Of a DNA stretch of 64,000 nucleotides, positions 54,672 through 64,000 are shown one piece after another. The DNA comes from Eledone cirrhosa (lineage: Eukaryota). Each line of letters begins with the position of its first letter. Position 1 is the stretch's first letter. The notes beneath the pieces are model-generated. The model saw only the letters and a program-made list of their open reading frames with translations, had not been told where the DNA came from and searched no databases. The position numbers were made by a program, and so were the translations under genes. The DNA lies in contig OZ024748.1 in assembly GCA_964016885.1 (NCBI GenBank), positions 620,001 to 684,000 of the forward strand, read 5' to 3'.

Positions 54672-55301
54672 AATGAAAATACAAATAAAAATGAATAAAT
54701 GAATATGAAATTCTTCAAGATAAACAGAAAACCGATTCTTAATTGATGCAGGAAGAAAGGAAACAGACTCAAGAAAAAAAAAAATGTTCTTTTTTTAAAA
54801 TGGTTTCACAAAAGACAAAGAATCATAGAATGGAAGTATGTGCTGTTGTTGTTGTTGTTATTGTTATTGTTGTTGGTGGTGGTGGTGGTGTTGTTGTTTT
54901 TTGGTGGCGGTGTTGTTGTTGTTGTTGTTGTTGTTGTTCTTCTTCTTCTTCTTCTTCTTCTTCTTCTTCTTCTTCTTCTTCTTCTTCTTCTTCTTCTTTT
55001 GTTACATAGTTGTCTTATATTATGGCGTGCTTAGACTTTATTTTGTCGGTTTGTGTGTGTGTGTTTTTTTGTCTTTTTGAGTCTGCGGTGGTGATATGTT
55101 TACATAGTATTTTGATGTAGAATTTAGTGGATTGGTAGCATGGGTAGGAGTGTGAGAGAAACATGAGGAGGAGGGATGCTTGACCAGGCAGAGAAGAGGA
55201 GGATTCATTTAAACCAGGCAAATGCAAGCAATGAAGAAAAAAAAAGCAGACATAAAAATGGTAATAATGACAATCCTGATTATAATCGTATACGTACATA
55301 C

Positions 55302-55363
<62 letters not shown>

Positions 55364-55728
55364 TAGCTGCCAACTCATTTTCGAGTACGGCCACTACTTT
55401 ATATCCATGTAGGAGAACCCCTACCGATGCGCTGAACGAGTGTGACTTTCTAGTCCAGCCAGCGACTTGAAAACTCTGGTACAAACACTACACTTGTGAC
55501 AATTATTGACACATAGTGCTGGGCCCATGGTACCATGTAACGACAAGTGCAGAGAGATCTCCAGATATAAAGCAATGCCTGTGCCGTGAAGCTTTTATAG
55601 TGAGCAAAGGCACTGCACAAAGTCAGTCCCACTCTCTTAACCAAGATGATATTTACCAAAAAGAAGAACAAGTCAACACCATTGGATACCATCAGAGTTG
55701 CAGGTGTTATATCAGAGTTTTCCTTCTC

Positions 55729-55762
<34 letters not shown>

Positions 55763-55830
55763 GTATATATAATAGAAAAAAAATGAGGAAATTTTGTTTA
55801 CATATAAAAAAATATTTATTGTGTATCGAT

Positions 55831-55919
55831 CTGTTACGCGCCTTTCACAGAGAATTGGCTCAAGGTGACCCACAGGAGTTATGGACCTGACTCCATTATC
55901 GATCTGCTCCTCAGACTGG
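55831..55919 (-). ncRNA. Hammerhead-like fold with long helix II
   Basis: CTGAGGA-gcaga...tctgt-GAAA-ggcgcg-TA; helices I and III imperfect. Confidence 0.45.
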
Positions 55920-55928
55920 TGATGTGAC

Positions 55929-55989
<61 letters not shown>

Positions 55990-57445
55990 GTTGTTAAGAC
56001 AGGCTTACTTTACTTTAACATAATTGTTTTATTGTATAATATATATTTCATTGAAATGATTATGTAATGGTTATATCATTCACAGTCTCCATGTGACATC
56101 ATCAGAGACTCATACAATTATGAGGTGTTGTTATGCATTGAGTGCAAGTATGCAGATATGCTGACAGAAACGTATAACCATCTTGCTGTAATGCTAACAT
56201 AGATTACTGCTGGCATATCTGCATACAAGAGAGAGAGAGAGTCTTTGTGTTTCATCTGTCCCCAACACAACCAATACAAATGCTGTTACCATGACAACTA
56301 ACACCACTTTCATCACCATTACTATAAGCACCAACAGTATCAGCACCATCACCTCCATCATCACCACCACAACCTCCTCCACCATCACCTCCATCAACAT
56401 AACTTCGATTACCACCACCTCCACCATCACAGCCTCCATCACCAACACCTCTACCATCACCACCACCACAACACCATCACCCCCCACTATCACCCTCAAT
56501 AACAACAACAATACCAACACCAGCACCAGCAGCACCACCACCACCAATACCACCAACAACGCCTCCATCACCACCACCTCTATCACCCCCACTTCCACCA
56601 CAACACCATTACCACCACTACCACATCCACCACCACCACCACCTCCACTACCACCACCACCAACCACTCCCCCACCACCACCACTATCATCACCACCACC
56701 ACCATCACCATCACCAACACCAATACCAACACCACCACAACCACCACCACCATCATCACCACCACCACTACCCCTACAAAACATTATGTTGTAAGTACAA
56801 TACAGTAAATTCAGAAAGCTGGAAGTACTCAGTATATAAGAGAGGGTGTGGTAGTATTTAGCGTAACAAACTCCTATGTAATAGGAGAATAGAATGGACA
56901 GTTTTCACAGAATCACTTCCAGACTTCAGACTTCCAGATAATTATTTCTACAACAGCACTAAGATTCTCAATTTATCTGTCTGTCTTGTAATGGAAGATA
57001 AGATACAGTGTTGTTCAACCCTTTAGCATTCACATTACTCTATATTTACTAATGCATTTTCACAGTAAGCACTTTATCTCACATAATTATTTCACATAAT
57101 ATCGAATCTACGATATTTTGATATTATTTATTTTGAGAACAATACTTTAACATAAGTAAGAGCAGACATTTATGATCGGTTTGAACAGAAGAAGGTGAGA
57201 GAATTCTGGCAAGATTTGGCCAGTTTAATATGTCTTCCAGACTTATCAAGTTTGTTTTCTTTTAAAAGACAGTGTTAGAAGTTTCACTGAATATCTTCCA
57301 CAATAAAAAAAAAATTAAAAAAAATAAAATTAAATTAAAAATAAAATTTTAGGCTGAATATTTTCTATAATTAGTGGTTAGAGAGCTGGATGCACAATCG
57401 TGAGGTTGTGAGTTCAATGCCTAGATCATGTGATATATATATATA

Positions 57446-57658
57446 TTCCACGCTGTAATGTGGCCGTGTAGGTAACACGGTAAAAAGTTCCCAGTTCCAC
57501 ACTGTAAATGTGGTTGGTGTTAGGAAGGGCATCCAGCCGTAGAAAACCTGCCAGACACAGTCACCCGACCAACCTTGCCTCAAGTGGGACAACTCCCGTC
57601 TAACCCATGCTAGCGTGGAAGATGGACGTTAAACGATGATGATGATGATGATGATGAT
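57446..57658 (+). mobile_element. RTE 3'UTR-only insertion
   Basis: Matches 22046-22257; (ATG)n tail; in (TA)n, next to a SINE head at 57371-57430 (-). Confidence 0.8.
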
Positions 57659-57675
57659 ATATATATATATTATGT

Positions 57676-57707
<32 letters not shown>

Positions 57708-58379
57708 TGATTGTCATTTATTTTAGCTTGACTTGTTTTTTGGCTTAGGCGGTCTATAGCTTCTTGACCGCCTTCTCAGTTTGTATGGCCTTTATAACCT
57801 ATGTTTATTGCTCTAGTCTATTAGACTATGGAGCGCTTGCCAGCATGACTTTAAATTTGCGTTACGTTTCGCTTTTTCTACCCGTCGAAATGCGATTCTC
57901 GCTGAATTTATATATATATATGTATCAATGATATTAATAAATGGAAACTATATTTATAAAACCATATTTATTTTATTATATACATTTCAAGGGTACCAAA
58001 ATGTTGGTACGCGCTCATTAGATAAAATACAAAATTTGTTTTATAAATGGTGACATACCCAAGAAACCAGACCTTATCGGTTGAGGTTCAGTTTGGATAT
58101 ATATATATGTATATACATACTTACATATATATATATATATATACATGTGTATGTGTGTGTATATGTATATATATATATATATTTATTTATTTAGCTTAGT
58201 TGGTTCACCACTGGATAGAACTGGTCATTCCGTATGGTCAATCTTGATGTAATATTATGGAGAGCACTCAACGTAATGCAACTCACCCGTCTTCGTTTGT
58301 GTAGTTGGTGGTGCGAGCTCTTGTCTCTGGTTTTCAGCCCCATGGATTTTATCTGTTATATTCCTTTGTTATATTTCGA

Positions 58380-58437
58380 ATACCTGATGATATCACCGGA
58401 TTCATATGGAACCCGGTCATTGAAATGATCATAGTAT
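58380..58437 (+). ncRNA. Type I hammerhead ribozyme
   Basis: atac-CTGATGA-tatcaccgg..ccggtcatt-GAAA-tgatca-TA-gtat. Confidence 0.75.
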
Positions 58438-58916
58438 AATAAACCTTTCAAGGATTTACACCAGTCCAGCCTCCTGTTATTTTATAATATATATATATAT
58501 ATATTTGCCTACTATATTCTGTCCGCTGGGGGTCACGGTACTGCCAGTGCGTGGGCCCCATTTGCTTATAATAGTGAGAGATGGGGAGAGTGAGAGAGAT
58601 GGAGGCAGGGACTGTACTAGCATTGCTGAAGTATCTTGTAGTGTTAAAGGTTAAGTGATTTTACAGTAAATAATTATATATATATACTTATATATATATA
58701 TATATGTGTGTATGTGTATGAGTGTGTGTGTGTGCATATATGTGTGTATATGTATATATATGTGTATATATATATACACACATACATAAATCGTGTTATA
58801 TATCAATAATGGAGTTGAGTGTGGTTTTTCAACATTTATATTATTCTCTCTCATTCTTGCAGAAAAACATGTAAGATGAATAAAATATTTTAACATTTTC
58901 ATCTTCAATATCCAGC

Positions 58917-58956
<40 letters not shown>

Positions 58957-58960
<4 letters not shown>

Positions 58961-59264
58961 GAAGTAATTCCGTCGGAAAGGTACAGGAAAAAAGAGTGCT
59001 CTATGTAGGCTACAGAGCTTATTAGTTATGTAATAAGCAACATAAGATAATTATTTCATTTACCAGTGGTTTCTTGAAAGCAGATATAGTATCTGTTTTC
59101 AGTCGTCAGAATGAATAAAAACATGATGTTTTTCAAATCCATATTTAATAAAAACATCATGTTTTTTATTCATTCTGACGACTGAAAACAGATACAATAT
59201 CTGCTTTCAAGAAACCACTGGTAAATGAAATAATTATCTTATGTTGCTTATTACATAACTAATA
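58957..59264. mobile_element. Fold-back hammerhead-bearing PLE remnant (tail plus ~113-bp arms)
   Basis: Arms 59020-59133 and 59150-59264; ttcatt-CTGACGA-..-GAAA-ccactgg-TA-aatgaa at 59169-59229. Confidence 0.85.
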
Positions 59265-59267
59265 TAT

Positions 59268-59600
59268 CATCATTTCATCATTTCATTTTACGTCCGCTTT
59301 TCCCTGCTTGCAAGGGTGGGACGGGAACTGATTCTGGCTTGATTTCTACAGCTGGATGCCCTTCCTAACACCAACCTCATTTACTGTGAGTGGTGGGTGC
59401 TTTTTTTGCCGTGGCACCTCCACGACCACTTTGCAGTGGAATGATAGGGACCCCAGTCCCTATCATCTCATTTCTACAGCTGAGTAAACTGGAGCAATGT
59501 GAAATAAAGTGTCTTGCTCAAGGAAACAACACATTACCCAGTCTGAGAATTGAACTCACAACCTTTCAATTGCAAGGCCAATGCACTAAGCCATGTGCCT
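59268..59600 (-). mobile_element. tRNA/CORE-like SINE with RTE tail
   Basis: Reverse complement of 37329-37660. Confidence 0.85.
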
Positions 59601-59638
59601 CCTATATATATATATAATCCTAAATAATGACCTATATG

Positions 59639-59810
59639 TACCACATTTCCCGGCGTTGAGGATGCTACTTTTTTCCTATAATAAGTCTCAAAAATCTACC
59701 ATGCGTCATGGAGGCCAAAGGTTGTTTATTATTTTTTTTTTAATTTTTGGTGGTCAAAATTAGGGTGCGTCCTCGAGGACGAAGTGTCTTCGGCGCTGAG
59801 AAATATGGTA
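59639..59810. mobile_element. pogo/Tigger-type MITE
   Basis: TA-CCACATTTCCCGGCG ... CGCTGAGAAATATGG-TA: imperfect TIRs with TA duplication. Confidence 0.65.
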
Positions 59811-59898
59811 GATATATTGTTTTACAATCGTTTCAGAGAGTTGATTGATCATGGTAGATCGAATATCAACTAGCGGGTTGTGGTTAAATCACTACCCC

Positions 59899-59929
<31 letters not shown>

Positions 59930-60151
59930 GTATCTCTGTTCTGTAATACATCTGATAATTTACAATGAGCTATTTCTCTTACTGGTTATCGGGTAGTGCA
60001 GCTTACTACCCTTTCATATTTATAATTATATATAACTTATATATAAGTATAAATAATATTATTAGCATTTATCTATATATATCTATATATCTATATATAT
60101 ACATCATCATCATCATCTTCGTTTAACGTCCATTTTCCATGCTAGCATGGG

Positions 60152-60246
<95 letters not shown>

Positions 60247-60371
60247 TATATACAGAGAGAGAGAATAGATAATTAACCAATACAAAAATATCTAAGAGTA
60301 ATGCTAAATCTACACTAACGAATCACCAACCAACCCACAACCCACAACTCACCAACCCACCAACCAACCAA

Positions 60372-60545
60372 CCAACCCACTCACTAACCCACCAACCCAT
60401 CTACTAACTTACCCACCCATCCTCCAACTTGCCAACCCACTCACTAACCCACCAACCCATCTACTAACTTACCCACCCATCCTCCAACCTGCCAAGCCAC
60501 TCAGTAACCCACCAACCCATCTACTAACTTACCCAACCACTCATC
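60372..60545. repeat. 60-bp tandem repeat (about 3 copies) built from CCAA/CCCA tetramers
   Basis: CCAACCCACTCACTAACCCACCAACCCATCTACTAACTTACCC in 60-bp register. Confidence 0.85.
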
Positions 60546-61916
60546 AACCCACGAAGTAACCCACTCTAGACTGGCAACAGCATGTTAGTGTCTTCCTACT
60601 TGACTTTATGTCAAATTTAATGGGGCTCTAGGTAGCAATAGTCTTAGTTAGTCATTGATCTAAGAATATCAATAACTGATATACTGAACTGATTACATCA
60701 AAATAACAATGGGATGTAATCTATTTTCACTTCTTGGAATCTTGTTTTGTTATTTTGTTATTCTTGTGTTGTGATTTTTTCTTCTTTCCTTTGTAATGCT
60801 GTTTGTGGTTTTTTGATGTTATATATGGCTTTCTGCCAGGAGATATTTACTTGTGGTTATATTGACTATTCTAGCACAAACATATACCATACTGGGCAGA
60901 AATCCAAATTATATAATTTATTACTGTTGCTATTGTTGTTGTTGTTACTGTTGTTACTGTTGTTGTTATTGTTACTGTTGCTGTTACTGTTGTTGTTGAT
61001 GTTGATGTTGATGTTGTAGTTGTTGTTATTATTGTTGTTGTTGTGATTGTCATTCTGAGTTGTTGTTGTTGTTGTTTTCGATGTTATTGTTGTTGTTGTT
61101 GTTGTTGTTGTTACTGTTGTTACTGTTGTTATTACTGTTGTTGTTACTGCTGTTGTTTTTGTTGTTATTACTATTGTGGTTGTTACTGTTGCTGCTGCTT
61201 TTATTGCTGCTGTTGTTGTTATTTAATCCTAAGACATCCCTCAGTAATCATCTGACCTTGACTATGGTCAACATTACACCATTTGAGATATAGTTCATAT
61301 GTATTGCATGTAGAAAATTAGGCTGTTGTGTCTAGCATATTGAGTGGCCATGTAGAAACTCCTGCTAGTTGTTGTTGTTGTTGTTATTGCCAATGCTGCT
61401 ATGATTGCTCTTATTATTGTTGTTATTACTGTTGCTGTTGTTGTCATTGTTGTAAAGTTCCACAAGATGAAATGTCTTTAAATGTTGCAAAAAATTTACT
61501 GATTTATTTCTGAACATTTTAAAATTAGAGTGCACCTAAGCACTGTACACAATGCCGAGGTTAACTTTGCCTTTCATCCTTACGGGGTCGATAAAATAAA
61601 GTACCAGTAATGTACTGGGTAATTGCTAGCCTTGTGCCAAGTGTAGAAACAATTATTATAATTATATATCATGGAACTAGAGACAGCTTCAGGCTGGTTG
61701 GTATCAGAATTGTTGAGTGAAATTTAGTTACTTTTTCTAGAAGCTTCTGTGACTGCCTAGAGGTTCATTCTTGTTGGCTCCTGGCTGGTTTTTAGATTGT
61801 CAGAGTAAGGCAACATATGATAAGATTTATTCATGACCTACATGTTAAATAAGCCATCACCAAGTAGGGTATCATATTTCTTCTATGATGTTTGCTGAAA
61901 CCAAACAAATAAATAC

Positions 61917-61954
<38 letters not shown>

Positions 61955-62056
61955 TAATAATAAAAATATAAATCAAAATCGTTCTTGGTGATGTTTATTG
62001 ATTAACTGTCATGTGGAATAATACAGAAACTTACTACCATTGGCTATATTGACTCA

Positions 62057-62238
62057 CATCCACTGCCATCCACTGGCATCCATTATCATCCATTACCATC
62101 CATTACCATCCACTATCATCCACTATCATCTACTATCATCCACTACCATCCACTGTCATCCACTACCATCCACTGTCATCCACTATCATCCACTACCATC
62201 CATGCCCATCCACTACCACCCACTGCCATTCACTGCCA
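62057..62238. repeat. 10-bp tandem repeat (CATCCACTAC/CATCCACTAT)
   Basis: About 18 degenerate copies. Confidence 0.85.
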
Positions 62239-62675
62239 TGGCGGTTGTGGTGGTGGTGATGGTGGTGGTGGTAGTTGTTGTGGTGGTTGTGATGGTGGTG
62301 GTAGTGGTGGTGGTGGTGGTAGTGGTGGTGGTGGTAGTTGTTGTGGTGGTTGTGATGGTGGTGGTAGTGGTGGTAGTAGTGGTGGTGGTGGTGGTGGTGG
62401 TGGTAGTTGTTGTGGTGGTTGTGATGGTGTGGTGGTGGTGGTGGTAGTAGTGGTGGTGGTTGTGGTGATGGTTGTGGTGGTGGTAGTGGTGGTGGTAGTT
62501 GTGGTGGTAGTGGTGCTGTTACTTTGGACCAAACAGTAGTCTTTGACATATAGATTTATTTCTATTGTAATTCCATTCACAGTCTTGGAAGTTGTATCAT
62601 CACCACCACCACCACCATTATCATCAGCACCACCATCATCAGCACCACCATCATCATCAGCACCACTATCATTGC

Positions 62676-62728
<53 letters not shown>

Positions 62729-63196
62729 CCACCACCATCATCACCACCATCACCAGCATCACCAACACCAACACCACCACCACAACTAACACCACCACCA
62801 CCACCACCAACACCACCACCATCATGATGATGATGATGATCAACATCATCATCATCATCACCACCAACACCACAACCACCACCATCACCACCATCATCAC
62901 CACCACTACCACCACTACCATCATCATCATCACCACCAACACCACAACCACCACCATCACCACCATCATCACCACCACTACCACCACTACCATCATCATC
63001 ATCATCATTACCATTATCAATATAGCATCAATATATGATTTGTGAATCCACAAGTTCAATACAGTATTGATTCCAGAGCCTGGTCCGATCACTTCTGATC
63101 ATACCTTGAGTTGATCGATTGCAAAACACGTATTTCGTGTCAATAAATATATTTATGCTATATTGAGATGTCACTACTGCTCCCTATTATTATTAT

Positions 63197-63682
63197 TGGC
63201 AGAATCGGTTGAGTGTCGGAAACCCTGCTTTGCGGCATAGAGTTATGGCCCTTCATGTTCTGAGTTCAAATTCCGGCGAGGTTTGCTTTGTCTTTCACCC
63301 TTACAGGGTTGATAAAATAATGTACCAGTAATGCACTGGGATCCTTTTAATCGATTTTCCACCACTCTCAAAATTGATGGCGTTGTGCCTAAATCAGAAA
63401 CCATTATTATTATTATTATTACTATTGTTATTATTATTATTATTATTGGCAGAATTGATAGAGCGTCGGACATATGCTTTGAGGCATAGAGTTACGACCC
63501 TTTCCGTTCTGAGTTCAAATCCGGCCGAGGTTAACTTTGCCTTTCATCCTTAAAGGGTCAATAAAATAAAGTACCAGTAATGTACTGGGGTAAATTATAT
63601 CGACTTTCCCCTCTCGCCAAATTGTTGGCCTTGTGCCTATACTAGAAATAATTATTATTGGCAGAATCAGTAGAGTGTCGGG
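63197..63682 (+). mobile_element. Tandem family A SINEs (two full copies plus one head) separated by (TTA)n
   Basis: TGGCAGAAT..TAGAG heads at ~63197, 63447 and 63659; B-box GAGTTCAAAT; central GCCTTTCATCC domain. Confidence 0.8.
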
Positions 63683-63840
63683 CATCCTTCTATTATCATA
63701 AGCTCAATGCACCTTTTTAGCCCTTCATACTTCAGGAGCAAGCAGAAACTGTATGAATAAAGGGCAGTTCCAGTCACAGAGCATCTACAATTCAAAATTC
63801 AATAAAACTAAGGATTAGTATGACCATTATTTATTTATAC

Positions 63841-63966
63841 ATCGCTACGGGCGTTTCAATGCGGCTAGAGTATCCTGTCCATTTGTGGAGGAGAAAACTG
63901 GATATTATCAGTAAGTTATTTAGTCCCCTATGGGTACTCTACTCAAACAGTATCTCTTCAGGGAAT
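63841..63966 (-). ncRNA. Hammerhead-like fold with ~95-nt helix II insertion
   Basis: CTGAAGA..tagagta...tactcta..GAAA-cgcccg-TA; weak helix I. Confidence 0.4.
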
Positions 63967-64000
63967 ATATATATAATAAAAAATAACAATAAATTGATTA

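Overview
Eukaryotic, AT-rich, microsatellite-saturated DNA. The repeat content resembles cephalopod (octopus-like) genomes, but that is an inference. I recognise no intact host gene, and almost all listed ORFs are translations of (TA)n/(CA)n/(GGT)n/(TAA)n tracts. The window is a mosaic of decayed mobile elements: RTE-clade LINE fragments, R4/Dong-like RLE elements and a Tx1/L1-like LINE in (TAA)n tracts, two tRNA-derived SINE families, piggyBac-, pogo- and hAT-type MITEs, a 21-bp minisatellite, and many Penelope-like element (PLE; Naiad- and Neptune-type) remnants inserted in (TA)n. The PLE remnants form long fold-back palindromes and one partial tandem, and carry about 20 hammerhead ribozyme folds, several with variant cores. 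The main observation is a bulged hairpin (RCTC-stem-loop-stem-2 nt bulge-GAGY) found at about 17 sites across many otherwise dissimilar families. Where the junction can be tested, it lies 1-6 nt beyond the point at which the duplicated arm ends and joins (TA)n. It is a candidate cis-acting priming or template-boundary RNA element for PLE reverse transcriptase. All coordinates and folds were read by eye.
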